Below, in pieces: positions 28,854-42,970 of a stretch of 64,000 bases of DNA (its first letter is position 1; each line of letters begins with the position of its first letter). The translations under genes were made by a program, and so were the position numbers. This DNA comes from Eledone cirrhosa (Eukaryota), in the NCBI GenBank assembly GCA_964016885.1, contig OZ024743.1, forward strand, positions 200,198,001 to 200,262,000, read 5' to 3'. Below the pieces are notes generated by a model that did no database searches, had not been told where the DNA came from, and saw only the letters and a program-made list of their open reading frames with translations.

Positions 28854-30784
28854 TTAAGTGGGTTTTACGTTCGGGGTGCCCACGTCCCGAGGAAAGCTGT
28901 CTCGTATTTCTTTGAATATATCGAGCGACATTCTCACCAGAACCAAATCTTCCGGCACGCGAAATGTGCTCGATTTAAAAATTTCCCCCTCTTTTTGTAT
29001 ATTTTCACTTCGTGGTACGAGGGCCATCAGTTCCTTGTTGGCCCTCCTGACGAGCACGAAGTTTTGTATGTTTTGTTGGTATGATTCTATTTGTTTGCGT
29101 GGCTGTGGTGGTGATGGTTTTGGTTGTATCTCTGTTTGTTGTGAGTGCGGTGTCTGTGGTTTCAGATGTTTGTGTGTATATTTGTTCTTTCGTCTGTTTA
29201 GGTTGTTTGCGTTTGGGGGATTCTGGTGATGGTGATGGTGGTGTTGATGTTGGTGTTATTGGAGAGATGTTTACGTGGGTGGTGTCTGCGTTTTTTATTG
29301 TGGGTAATTTTGTGCTTTGTTGAGTTTTTTTTTCTTTTTGTGTTTCCTTTTTTGTATTTTGGGGGATTTTGGTTTTCCCTCATCTTCACTACTGGTAGAT
29401 GAGGGGCCCGTGTCTGTAAGTGTGTCTGTATGTATGTTTATGGTTTTATTGGTGTGTGTATTTTTTGGGGGGGAGGAGGAAATAGACAGATTTCCTTGTT
29501 TCCCCCCTGGGTGGTCAATGTTGGTGGTGGTCTTTCTATTGGTGTTGTTGTTGGTGGTTTTGCTGGGGCTGGTGTTGGTTGTGGTCCTCGCCCCGGCGTC
29601 AGCAGCAGTGGAGCCTTTCGACTCCTTGCCTCTTTCAGCAGTTGAGGGTAGAATGCTCGCAAATGGGTTTTTTACCCACAAACAAAACACTGCGGCCTTT
29701 TGCCTTCGGTCATAATGTGAATGACCGTCCCATTCTGAAGGCGAATGTGGTCCGGGATTGTCTTCACATTCTCGGGCCTGATCTGAAGAAGGATCTCCAG
29801 GTCAACCCCGGACCAGTCCTCTCTGGCCGTTCTGCTCCCTTCTATAGGGACGGTATCCGTCCCCTCCACAATCACACAACCCAGAAGCCACCACATGTCA
29901 AGTTCTGGTGGGATTCTGGGAATGCGGAGACGGGCCGTTCTTTTTCCCATGTGGGAGGGGTACATTATGACCTTGCTGGTTTTGCAAGGAGTCATAGTGT
30001 GTTTCATAGCGAGGGCTTCTGACTTGAACAACACCGAAATGGTGCCGTACTGTCTGCCCCTCTCTATGTACTGAGTGTCTTCTCTGATGCACCACAGCGC
30101 GACTTCAACATCTTCTTGTGGGATTAAAGCTGCCCTTTTGGTTTGTGCTGAGATGCATCTATAATGTACCGTTCTGCGCTCCACTGCTTCAATAGCTTCT
30201 ACCGGGGCAGTTAAGTTGGCCCAGGTTTGCACTTGCTTGATGAGCTTCCATGCCTGGGCCAACTTTTCATCTTTGTTTGAGAGGTCCACGTTGAAGCATG
30301 GCCTCTTTTTTGCTGCTGCCGCAGCGAAAGTGTTCTTCTTGTTTTCGTTGGGGGTGTTGTTGTCGTTGTTCTTGTTGGTGTTGTTGTTAGCACTGTCGCT
30401 GTTATCATTGTTGTCTTTGTTGCCACCGATGTTCTCGGTGCAGTTGGTATTGTCGCTGTTGGTGTTGTCGTTATTTGTTTTCATCTTAGTGGTGTTGATA
30501 TTGTTGTTGTATTTGTTATTTTTTTTTAAATCTGTATTTTCGTTTTCGCGGTTACCGTCATTTTTTTCAAAATTAGAGTTCTCATTGGTATCATTGGTGT
30601 CTTTGTTTACCTTGTTTGTGATGGTGTTTGTGTTATCAATTTGTGTTAATTTCGCTGTAGCGCTCCTCTCAACTTCTACGTCGTTGTTGCACGGGGCGTG
30701 GATCAGCCATGTTTTTTTTTTCTTCGTAAATTTTTTAACATGTAAAAAAAGTTCAAATATTTGGGCCAAATATTCACGGGGCAA
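28854..30784 (-). pseudogene. L1/Tx1 ORF1 (nucleic-acid-binding, gag-like), disrupted
   Basis: ORF 29672..30784 ends in CFVCG*KTHL (broken CCHC knuckle) and continues in low-complexity downstream frames; lies upstream of ORF2. Confidence 0.75.
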
Positions 30785-30910
30785 AGTCTAAGGGTTTATA
30801 TCCCTTACACAACAAGAAATATTTAACAACAAATGATTTTAACAGGCAAATAAAGCGACTTACTGTGAGCGAGCAAAATACCTCCGCTTAGACCAATAAT
30901 AATAATAATA

Positions 30911-30943
<33 letters not shown>

Positions 30944-32212
30944 AATTGACTATATCTGCATATATCATGAAATAAGTATAAAGCTATTATAAATCACAGA
31001 ATTTAACAGAAGATATAACATGAAAGACATTTACAATTACTCAGACTCTCAAGGAAGGGATTATGTTGGGACAGAGAACTCCACATTTTTATTCGCCCTC
31101 CATGCGTTACATATTTTCCGAGAAACACCCAAATCTCCCGTAAATATCTTATTGGTGAGTGTATCGATAAAAGGATCCTCATCTTCTGGACAAAAGTCCT
31201 CTGTTTTTTCATACGCTTTATTTTTGTTTAATTAAATTCTACTATCTGAGTATTCACGCTAACAATCTCGTATGTTCCTATGTCCGTATCCATTCATGTA
31301 TTGTGTGTGGCGCTTCTTGACACCTATAACTTTCAAACCACAAGCTCGAAAATCAAGATATATAGAAGTGATGACAAAGTTTGATGGATCAAGCGTTCAG
31401 ATCGATCAGAGGTACTCAAAGTGGGCCCTACCCCACCCCCACCGGGGGGGGGGGTCGAGTAGTTCCAGGTAGCACTGGGGCTAAAGGGGCGTTAGAGATG
31501 ATATAATAGTATGTTAAATATTAAATATATATGAATATAGTAAAATAAAAAATATATAATATCTATTTATGAATAGTAAATATTGTATTATTTATTATAT
31601 ATAAATTAACGATTTTATTTATAATATATTATTTACAAATTGCGGGTAGACCGGTCTCTCTGGAAATAGGGTTGGAGGCGGCCCCAAAAGTTTGAGAACC
31701 TTTGAGAATAGAACACCGACTACTTAATACTTTCAGGGGGTTGTCTTGTACTGATACCGATACAGTACTAACTCGTCTAACTGCTACACCCAATTGTTGC
31801 TCTTTAAATACAATATAATTAATAAACGCGTACAATATATTTAATACACGAGTAACAATATATTTAATACATGCTAGGGAGACATTTAAGGGACCACTAA
31901 ACCCGCTGAAAATAGCCCCAAATTTTCCTCAAATCACACAATAACTCTAAAAATGATAGGAATTTCATAGACGAAACTCCTATGATCCAAAGCATAGTGG
32001 ACCTAGGGCTAAACAGAATAACATATAACACAACAAAATAATTTTTAAAACATTTCATTTTATTTGTTTTCATTCATTAATCACTGCTTCTTAATTTTTA
32101 CTCAGTAATGGCAATTATATTTTTCTCCTAATGAGCTAAAAGTGCAACTTTTCATTCAAACAATATCACGTGACATAATCTGATAACGAACGAAGTCATT
32201 TGATTGTGTAGT

Positions 32213-32217
32213 AGTAA

Positions 32218-32281
<64 letters not shown>

Positions 32282-32333
32282 GGTGGTGGTGGTGGTAGTA
32301 GTAGCAGCAGCAGCAGCAGCAGCAGCAGCAACC

Positions 32334-32410
<77 letters not shown>

Positions 32411-32470
32411 GGCGGTGGTGGTAGTAGCAGCTGCAGTAGTAGTAGTAGTAGTAGTAGTAGTTGTAGTAGT
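32213..32470. repeat. (TAG)n/(GGT)n/(CAG)n compound microsatellite
   Basis: Directly visible. Confidence 0.95.
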
Positions 32471-32821
32471 ATTAGATATTGTCGTTGTTAGCGTTGTTTT
32501 ATTTCCGTTGGCTTTGTTCAAAATCCGATTGTAGTTTCGGTTATTTAATATACTTTTAATCTTATATAATCGTTTTTGCTTTTAATTATCAAAGGGAATT
32601 TCCTAAGAGCGACTTTACTGGTGCAAAATTGTGACCTAAACCACGTGAATTAAATAAAATATTTCAAGAAAAAGAAACTGCACTGAACTACATATTTCTT
32701 TTCTTTGCCTTTTAATATATAAATATATTACAAAGGATGAGTGTACGAGTAATATATATCTATATATATACAGATAGATAGAGAGAGAAAGAAGTGCACG
32801 CATGCAAACCCACACACAAAC

Positions 32822-32859
<38 letters not shown>

Positions 32860-32984
32860 GGAAATAGCGATGTATACATGAATGTATGTATAGTATATTT
32901 GGCAATATACAGTATGTTTAATTAAAAACATTTAGAAGACTATTCGCTATCAATTTTAAAGTAGTGACAGCAAAGGCTGGGAGA

Positions 32985-33029
32985 ATGGCTGACAGCTGTT
33001 TCTCGCTGCTTGGCGTTTATCAAAGCCAC
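32985..33029 (-). ncRNA. Type I hammerhead motif with U3-A8 core variant
   Basis: Reverse strand tggct-TTGATAA-a-cgc-caagca-gcg-a-GAAAC-agct-GTC-agcca; palindromic stem III loop. Confidence 0.7.
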
Positions 33030-33040
33030 GCATTCACCTG

Positions 33041-33111
<71 letters not shown>

Positions 33112-33115
<4 letters not shown>

Positions 33116-33605
33116 GTTTCTGAATTTGTTTACCAAGATTCTTTATCTGAAAACGTGTGTAGAAACCGATATTGTTATACTTTGGGAGGGTCATGTTGCC
33201 AATAAGAAACACACGTGCCAGTTGCTTTCACTCCAATTTATTATAAATTAAATTTATAAATTTAAGAAATTTGTAAATTTCCGGTTGGTTGGTTTCACAA
33301 CCGGACGGTTGTTCATATATTGTCAAAGTTCTTTCGTCACACATTCTGTGACCTTTTCAGTTACCGGGGATTTTTTTCTTTGTTTTGTGCCTCTCCTTTG
33401 TTTTGTCCTACGCCATCTTGTTTTTGTGTGTGACGAAATAACTTTGACAATATATGAACAACCGTCCGGTTGTGGAACCAGCCAACCAACCGGAAATTTA
33501 CAAATTTCTTAAATTTATAAATTTAATTTATAATAAATTGGAGTGAAAGCAACTGGTGCGTGTGTTTCTTATTGGCAACATGACCCTCCCAAAGTATAAC
33601 AATAT
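33112..33605 (-). mobile_element. Short fold-back copy of PLE family B (tail plus inverted arms) in (TA)n
   Basis: Same tail and arms as 3103-3340 and 7630-7810; arms about 33169-33343 and 33427-33605; degenerate hammerhead at 33322-33364 (minus). Confidence 0.9.
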
Positions 33606-34029
33606 ATATATATATGAATATTCGTAAAATTTGAGTATTCTCAGCGCGAAATGTAGCCGTTACCAGCTGTATACTATTTGCGTAAAGTTTTTGGCTTAAT
33701 ATATAACCACAAATCGAACGGGGGGTGTGAGAGAGAGAGAGAGAGATAGAATGAGAATTGAGGGGGTTATATATATATAGAGAGAGAGATGGAGAGAAAG
33801 AGAGATGAGAAATGAGGGAGTTATAGAGAGAGAGGAGGGGAGTAGAGAAAAATGGATCAGAATGATGGGGAGATGGATATATAAATGGAGTGAAAGATTA
33901 ACAAGAATAAGGTACCTAACGTTATTTGGATCATCAGCCCCCTATCAATAATGGAATCCGACTTTAGATCACCAAACAAAGTGATGTGGCAGACAATCCG
34001 CCGACATCATAATAAGAAGACTACGTGGT

Positions 34030-34540
34030 GTACTCTACATGTGAGTGGTGTTTCACTGAAACAAGGGAAGAATTTCAAGTCTTTCGGAGCCGTGTTCACG
34101 AGTGGTGGATGATAGGAGGTCGAATCAAGTACAAGAATCGCAAGAGCTGGTGCAGTAATATGCCAGCTTCAGCAGTCGGTCATCAAGAGAAGGAAACTAG
34201 GTGTAAAAGCCAAATTGACTATCTTCAATTTGGTATTGTTGCTAACTATTACCTATGGTCATAAATCTTGGATAATGATCGAAAGAATAGGATCTTGAAC
34301 ACAAGCGCCAGAAATTTGGTTCTACAGAAATGCCTTTGGAGTAACGTTACTCGATAGAGTGCGTAGCTCAGAAATGAGAGTGCCGCTTCGGGTAGAGCTC
34401 CTATTTCTCCGAATTGAAAGATCATAACTCCAATATTACGGACATGTGGTTAGAATATCTCAGGAAAAAATCGCTGAACAAAGTTTACGAGCAAAACCAA
34501 CTGGCAGAATACCCAGGTGTAATCCTTCAAAGAAGCAAAT
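34030..34540 (+). pseudogene. Decayed RTE-like LINE ORF C-terminal fragment
   Basis: Manual translation gives RIARAGAV...KAKLTIF...TITYGHKSW...GVTLLDRVRS...LQYYGHVVR with stops. Confidence 0.75.
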
Positions 34541-34661
34541 TATCCAGAATATGGTGGATTCAGGTAATTGTCTATATTCTAAATATTTAAAATCCCGGTC
34601 ATGGTCGGGTACGCTTGCTAGTATGCACGAATGCATGTATATATATGGCTATCTTTATGTT

Positions 34662-34706
<45 letters not shown>

Positions 34707-34710
<4 letters not shown>

Positions 34711-34896
34711 GTTTCTCCTTTTGGCACAAGGCCAGCAATTATCCAGTGCATTACTGGTACTTTATTTTATCGACCCCGTAAGGATGAAAGGCAAAGTTAA
34801 CCTCGGCGGGATTTGAACTCAAACCATAAAGGGGCGTAACTCTTTGCTGCAAAGCATAGCGTCAGACCCTCTACCGATACTGCCAATCCACCGCCC
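34707..34896 (-). mobile_element. tRNA-derived SINE
   Basis: A/B boxes and core essentially as in the 8724-8914 and 58666-58884 copies. Confidence 0.85.
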
Positions 34897-34915
34897 TTAT
34901 TATATATATATATAT

Positions 34916-35120
34916 AATAGGAACCAGTAAGACCCCGACAGCTGAGCTCAAGCCGTTTCGACGGCTAATTCTGGACGGCTAATTCGACGGCTAATTCCGT
35001 CGAAACGGCTTGAGCTCAGCTGTCGGGGTCTTACTGGTTCCTATTACCCACTCTACTACCTCAAGTATTGAGTACTTTGGTGCGTTATGGTCCACCTGGT
35101 TCCTTACCACATTTCCTTCG

Positions 35121-35123
<3 letters not shown>
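34916..35123 (+). mobile_element. Fold-back insertion, family A
   Basis: Inverted arms of about 50 bp, a loop with reiterated gacggctaattc, and a tail of about 77 nt; (TA)n on both sides. Confidence 0.9.
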
Positions 35124-35173
<50 letters not shown>

Positions 35174-35367
35174 AATGCATGTCATATGTAGATATTTCTA
35201 ATATCTGCTGATGTGTACAGTCGGCCATATGGTCGATTGCGCATTCAAAACTCAATCACTAGAGATTTCCTTTGATCACGGACAAATATAATCAGATATG
35301 CATACAATGTTATATATATAATTTTTGTGACCATTTTACACACACACGCATGTATATACTGTATACA

Positions 35368-35588
<221 letters not shown>

Positions 35589-35651
35589 TTGTGTGTGTAT
35601 GTATGCATGTATATCAATATATATGTATATACATGCCAGTGTATGTGTGTG

Positions 35652-35708
<57 letters not shown>

Positions 35709-37135
35709 GTGTATCTGTGTAAATGTATACACAAATATATGCATATTTGTATATATGCTCAATATATGTGTTTATATATCTATGTATGTATATATGTATG
35801 TAGAAGGCATGCTATCGCAAAAATAAAAAAAAATGGCGGAAGATTTATTTCGTTATTTTACATAAGTGTATCACTTTATCAATATACATATATCTGTTCA
35901 TCTATTCATGTTTAACCTAACATATAGACGTTTATATTATATTTATTCCATTTCAATAAATCTTTGAATAATAAATATCTTGTTTGCTAAATTATGTTTG
36001 TCTGACGTTTACATACCTGAGTTTTAAATATTGTTTATGCATATAAATTTGTTATGAATGTTAAAAGGCTTTAAAACAAAACAAGGCTAACTTCGCATTT
36101 TGTTGTTGACATCATTACATATTATATACTTATTCGATCTATATAAAAAGGAAAATAATACTAACAACAACTAACGGTAATGTCTCTTTATGTTTATATC
36201 ATTCTGCTTTATGGTAAATATTTTAAAATATATATATTTTGTATTTCTTTAGAATTGTAAAATAAAATCTTTGTCTTTCCTTTCGAACAAACAACATATC
36301 ATCATCATCATCATCACCAAGATCATCACCATCGCCATTGTCACCATACTCCCCCTCCTCCCCCTCCTCCTCCCCTCCTCCTCCTCACCATCATCATCGT
36401 CATCATCGTCATCATCATCATCATCATCATCGTCATCATTATCATCGTCGTCGTCGTCGTCGTCGTCGTCATCATCATCATCATCATCAATATCGGCATG
36501 ACCATCCCAGTCTCCTCTTCATCAGCATCATCATCATCATCATCATCATTGCCATCATTATCATCATCACCATAACCATCATTATCATCAGCACTGTATT
36601 CACATATCCAGCAATCTCTTTTTTATATCTTTTGTGTATGTATATGTGTGAGTGTGTGTATATGTGGGTGTGAGTTTGTTTGTGTTCATGTGTATGTGTG
36701 TGTGTGTATGTGAGTGTGTGTATGTGAGTGTGTGTGTGTATGTGTGTGTGTGTGTGTGTGAGTGTGTCTGTGTTTGTATGTGTGTGTGTATGTGTGTGTG
36801 TATGTGTGTGTGTCTGTGTGTGTGTGCGATTTTCGTCATACTGGTGTCCCTACCTTTAGTGTTTGTTGTTTTATGTTTGGTTTGTCTTTATTGTTGTTGT
36901 TGTTGTAGTTGTTGTTGTAGAAGTTTTTGTTGCAGAAGTTGTTGTTGTTGTAGATAGTGTTGTTGTTGGTGTTGTTATTGTTATATACGTTCTTGTTTCG
37001 ATTCGAACAATTATCTGAAATCAAGGAAATTACAATTGTTAATTTAAAAAAATATATCCAAAACAAAATGCGACGCGAAATCCTTGTATTATAATGAATT
37101 TATTTTAAAAGTAAGTGAAGCTTAAAACAGTGAAA

Positions 37136-39220
37136 AACATAAATTGTTGGTGGAGAGCGGAGGAGAGTGTAGTGAGAAGGAACATAAATGGTGGGTGGAG
37201 AGCGGAGGAGAGTGTAGTGAGAAGGAACATAAATGGTGGGTGGAGAGTGGAGGAGAGTGTAGTGAGAAGGAACATAAATGGTGGGTGGAGAGTGGAGGAG
37301 AGTGTAGTGAGAAGGAACATAAATGGTGGGTGGAGAGTGGAGGAGAGTGTAGTGAGAAGGAACATAAATGGTGGGTGGAGAGCGGAGGAGAGTGTAGTGA
37401 GAAGGAACATAAATGGTGGGTGGAGAGCGGAGGAGAGTGTAGTGAGAGGGAACATAAATGGTGGGTGGAGAGTGGAGGAGAGTGTAGTGAGAAGGAACAT
37501 AAATGGTGGGTGGAGAGTGGAGGAGAGTGTAGTGAGAAGGAACATAAATGGTGGGTGGAGAGCTGAGGAGAGTGTAGTGAGAAGGAACATAAATGGTGGG
37601 TGGAGAGCGGAGGAGAGTGTAGTGAGAAGGAACATAAATGGTGGGTGGAGAGCGGAGGAGAGTGTAGTGAGAAGGAACATAAATGGTGGGTGGAGAGCGG
37701 AGGAGAGTGTAGTGAGAAGGAACATAAATGGTGGGTGGAGAGTGGAGGAGAGTGTAGTGAGAAGGAACATAAATGGTGAGTGGAGAGCGGAGGAGAGTGT
37801 AGTGAGAAGGAACATAAATGGTGGGTGGAGAGTGGAGGAGAGTGTAGTGAGAAGGAACATAAATGGTGGGTGGAGAGTGGAGGAGAGTGTAGTGAGAAGG
37901 AACATAAATGGTGGGTGGAGAGTGGAGGAGAGTGTAGTGAGAAGGAACATAAATGGTGGGTGGAGAGTGGAGGAGAGTGTAGTGAGAAGGAACATAAATG
38001 GTGGGTGGAGAGTGGAGGAGAGTGTAGTGAGAAGGAACATAAATGGTGGGTGGAGAGCGGAGGAGAGTGTAGTGAGAAGGAACATAAATGGTGGGTGGAG
38101 AGCGGAGGAGAGTGTAGTGAGAAGGAACATAAATGGTGGGTGGAGAGTGGGGGAGAGTGTAGTGAGAAGGAACATAAATGGTGGGTGGAGAGCTGAGGAG
38201 AGTGTAGTGAGAAGGAACATAAATGGTGGGTGGAGAGCGGAGGAGAGTGTAGTGAGAAGGAACATAAATGGTGGGTGGAGAGCGGAGGAGAGTGTAGTGA
38301 GAAGGAACATAAATGGTGGGTGGAGAGCGGAGGAGAGTGTAGTGAGAAGGAACATAAATGGTGGGTGGAGAGCGGAGGAGAGTGTAGTGAGAAGGAACAT
38401 AAATGGTGGGTGGAGAGCGGAGGAGAGTGTAGTGAGAAGGAACATAAATGGTGGGTGGAGAGTGGAGGAGAGTGTAGTGAGAAGGAACATAAATGGTGGG
38501 TGGAGAGTGGAGGAGAGTGTAGTGAGAAGGAACATAAATGGTGGGTGGAGAGTGGAGGAGAGTGTAGTGAGAAGGAACATAAATGGTGGGTGGAGAGTGG
38601 AGGAGAGTATAGTGAGAAGGAACATAAATGGTGGGTGGAGAGTGGAGGAGAGTGTAGTGAGAAGGAACACAAATGGTGGGTGGAGAGTGGAGGAGAGTGT
38701 AGTGAGAAGGAACATAAATGGTGGGTGGAGAGTGGAGGAGAGTGTAGTGAGAAGGAACATAAATGGTGTGTGGAGAGTGGAGGAGAGTGTAGTGAGAAGG
38801 AACATAAATGGTGGGTGGAGAGTGGAGGAGAGTGTAGTAAGAAGGAACATAAATGGTGGGTGGAGAGCGGAGGAGAGTGTAGTGAGAGGGAACATAAATG
38901 GTGGGTGGAGAGTGGAGGAGAGTGTAGTGAGAAGGAACATAAATGGTGGGTGGAGAGTGGAGGAGAGTGTAGTGAGAAGGAACATAAATGGTGGGTGGAG
39001 AGTGGAGGTGAGTGTAGTGAGAAGGAACATAAATGGTGGGTGGAGAGTGGAGGAGAGTGTAGTGAGAAGGAACATAAATGGTGGGTGGAGAGTGGAGGAG
39101 AGTGTAGTGAGAAGGAACATAAATGGTGGGTGGAGAGTGGAGGTGAGTGTAGTGAGAAGGAACATAAATGGTGGGTGGAGAGCGGAGGAGAGTGTAGTGA
39201 GAGGAAATATAAATGGTGGA
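37136..39220. repeat. 45-bp purine-rich minisatellite, about 46 copies
   Basis: Unit aaatggtgggtggagagYggaggagagtgtagtgagaaggaacat; 180-bp line periodicity equals 4 units; decays into subunits of about 21 bp up to about 39425. Confidence 0.97.
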
Positions 39221-39460
39221 TAGAGAGCGGAGGACACAGTAGTGAGAGCAGAGGAGAGTGTAGTGGGAGGAGAGGAGAGTGTAGTGAGAGGAAATATAAA
39301 TGGTGGATAGAGAGCGGAGGACAGTGTAGTGAGAGCAGAGGAGAGTGTAGTGGGAGGAGAGGAGAGTGTAGTGAGAGCGGAGGAGAGTGTAGTGAGAGCG
39401 GAGGAGAGTGTAGTGAGAGCGGACGAGAGAAGAGAAGAAGACAGATATTGAAAGTAATAC

Positions 39461-40108
39461 CATTATCATGATGATAATGGTTGTTGTGTTGTTGAGGATG
39501 ATGGTAGTGCTGGAGGTGATGGTGGTGACGGTGGTGATGGTGATGGTGGTGACGGTGGTGATGGTGATGGTGGTGGTGGGGATGATGATGATGGTGATGG
39601 AGGTGACGTTGGTGATGGTGATGGTGATGGTGGGGATGATGATGATGGTGATGGAGGTGACGGTGGTGATGGTGATGGTGATGGTGGGGATGATGATGGC
39701 GATGGAGGTGACGGTGGTGATGGTGATAGTGATTGTGGTGGTGGGGGATGATGGTGATGGAGGTGACGGTGGTGACAATGATGGTGATCATCGTGGTGGT
39801 GAGGATGATAATAGTGATGGTGATCGTGGTGGTGGTGTGGAAGATGATAGTGATGGTGGTGGTGAGGAAGATGATGATGGTGATAGTGATAATAGTTGGG
39901 ATGGTGATGAAGATGATGATATTGATGGTAGTGATGGTAGTGGTGGTGGTGGTGGCATGAAGATGATGATAGTGATGGTAGTGGTGATGAAGAGGATGGT
40001 GATGATACTGATAATGATAGTAGCTGTGGTGGTGGTGAAGCTGGTGATAGTGATGGTAGTGGTGATGATGATGATGGTGAATATGATGGAGGTGATGATG
40101 GTGATGGG
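39461..40108. repeat. Degenerate (GAT/GGT)n low-complexity repeat
   Basis: Directly visible; partly homologous in inverted orientation to 45700-47110. Confidence 0.85.
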
Positions 40109-40463
40109 TATCGGAGAAGCCATTAAAATGTCAGATAGAATTCTTTTTTTGGATTCGCTCCGGCTCTTTATGCCCTCAGTTCAAATCCTGTCGGGGTTAG
40201 TTTTGTTTTTCCTCATTAGGTGATCAATATATGAATTACCATTCCAGTACTGTGGTCGAGTATACTTCCACCTCTCTCTGTTACTCATTCCGAGTGTTTC
40301 TCTTGGAGGAGCAGGGGGCAGGAAAGAGAGAGAGAGAGAGAAAGATATATATATATATATATATAAATTAATATTTGATGAACATTTACATGTTTTAGTT
40401 GCAATTGACTAATAAAATCGTTAGAATGATTGTAAATGACCCCATTGAGTGTAAACTCTAAGT

Positions 40464-40516
<53 letters not shown>

Positions 40517-40749
40517 ATTTCCCCAGATTGTTAAAAATAATGCTAACAAGAAATGGAAAAATAATATACATAATACCAAAAATAGGACAAAAAACATCAC
40601 GAAACCAAATATAATATCACGACCAAAAGTTCATTAAGCAAACACCAACAGGAATATAAATCCTGAACAGAGAAAAATCCATTTTTTAATGTCAGGACAA
40701 CAAAAACCGGAAAATGAAAAACTCCAGGAAGAAACATACCCAAAACAAC

Positions 40750-42970
40750 TGTATACGTAGATCCTAAAATAATTAATTTATCCAAAAGAGATCTTGACAA
40801 TGATGAAATGCAAATACTGTCAAAAGGACTTAAATTCACACCGACTCCAACAGTCAACGACCAAGAACTGAAGGAGGATACCCAAGAATTCTGTCGTAAA
40901 TTACGACTTGTAGAATTCTTCGCTGATAAAAGTAATGAGAGTGATGAATCACTAGTAAAGAATAAATCAAATTTCACTCCGCCAAAAGGAAGGAGTATCT
41001 ATCTCGACCAATACATTGACATCCTGTCTAAATTTCCTCTTAGACGTAATACTAATGTTAGGCCAAACATTAACAAATCAGAAATGTCTGCACTTAAACG
41101 TATACAAAATGATAAAACAATAATAATTAAACAAGCAGATAAAGGGGGTGCAGTTGTTATAATGGATGCTGAATACTACAAAGATTTGGTTGAGGAACAA
41201 CTGAAAGACACAACATTCTATCATGAAATACCGTCAAATATAGACCACAACATCATGAAGAAGATCAACAACCTGGCTTCAAAATACCACAACTCACTTA
41301 CTGATAAGGAAAGAGACTACATCACCAATTTTGAGCCGAAACCCAGCAACCTGTATGGCCTACCGAAAGTTCACAAGTCAAAAGAAATCCAACTGGCAGT
41401 AAAAGAACAAAACAGTGAGTACATTAAATTACTACACCCAAAAGACTTAAAACTTAGACCTATTTTAGCTGGTCCAACATGCCCTACCCACCGTCTAAGC
41501 AATTTTGTTGACATTATTTTGAAACCACTATGTATTCACATACCCAGTTTCATCCGGGATGATATCGACTTCCTGTCCCATCTTCCCAAAACCACGGAAA
41601 CGAATTTACTTCTACTTAGTTTTGATGTGGTAAGCCCTTACACCAACATTACACATGATTTAGGAATAAAGGCGGTTAAATACTGGGTGGAAAAACATAG
41701 AGAAGTGATTCCCACAAGATTCACAGCGCCATTTATATTAGATGCAGTCAAACTTCTTCAATGGAAAGAATTACATCCAAATTAGAGGCACAGCGATGGG
41801 AACGAAGTTTTCTCCCGTTTACGCGAACTCTGTAATGGGATACTTAGAACAACAACTCTACCAAGAAATAGAAGGAAATATAGCACTGACTTTAGAAAGT
41901 ACATTGAAAAATCTTGGAAGAGATACCTTGACGACTGTTTCATCATCAAGACAGAATCGCTAGATACTCTGGATGAGTTCAATATCCTCCTGAATAACCT
42001 ACACCCATGTCTCCAATTCACAAAAGAGATGAGTAGTACCAAATTACCATTCCTAGATATAATGGTAATGAAAAACGACACCACCATTACCTCGGATATA
42101 TATTATAAACACACAGACACCCATCAATATCTGAATTTTAAGTCGTGCCATCCACCTCATACAAAACGCAACATCCCATACTGCCTAGCCAGAAGAATTT
42201 GTACCATTGTAGAAGATACGAATATCAGGAACAAACGCCTAACAGAACTGAGAGAATGTTTGCTCAAACAAAAATACCCATCTCTACTTATAGAAAATGG
42301 CATACAGCGGGCTATAAAAATACCTATACAACAACTTAGGACAACCCAAGGAAGAAGAAACCAAGAACTGGTCATACCATTTATAATGACACACAACCCA
42401 TGTCACCAGAATATCTTCAACACTGCCAAAGCAAACCTACCGATCATTGCTCAAAGTAATGAATTAAAAGACTTAATCACAGACCGATCTTTGACTCTTA
42501 GTAAAAGACAGTCGAAAAATTTGAAGCAATTACTAACAAAAGCAAAGTTTGACCTTAACAACAAAGACCAATCATTCACTGTATCTAAATGCAATGATAG
42601 TCGATGTGGCACGTGTCAATCCATACACACCGGTCAATATATGAACACAAAAACTGGAAAAATATTCCCAAATGCAAATATGAACTGCAAAAGCAGAAAT
42701 CTAATTCACTGCATTAAATGCCCGAATTGTGAAGAACTATATGTCGGTCAAACTAGAAATGCACTATCGGAACGTGCACGGGTACACCGACAGCAAATCA
42801 GAGACCCAAATGTCCGTCAGATACCCCCGAGTAACCATTTAGCAACATGTGGTCAGATAATATTTATTATATTTCCATTCTACAAATTACACAGCCCAAG
42901 TGAAATCAAGAGAAAAATCAAAGAAAAGAATTTTATTGATCAATTCCAACCCAAGCTAAATGAACAATAA
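40750..42970 (+). pseudogene. PLE reverse transcriptase plus GIY-YIG endonuclease (frameshifted)
   Basis: LSKGLKFTP, ADKGGAVV, YGLPKVHK, FDVVSPYTNI, GTAMG, RYLDD, YYKHTDTHQYL, CNDSRCGTC and LIHCIKCPNCEELYVGQT. Confidence 0.92.

Larger units (their letters stand above)
25074..30893 (-). mobile_element. Near full-length L1/Tx1-type LINE inserted in an (AAT)n tract
   Basis: ORF1 with a zinc knuckle, ORF2 with APE, RT and a C-terminal CCHC finger; (AAT)n at both ends. Confidence 0.9.

Noticed and set aside
37100-39791. Very long ORFs (700-890 aa) resembling extensin or His-rich proteins
   Set aside because: Translations of a 45-bp minisatellite that is open in several frames on both strands; no evidence of coding.
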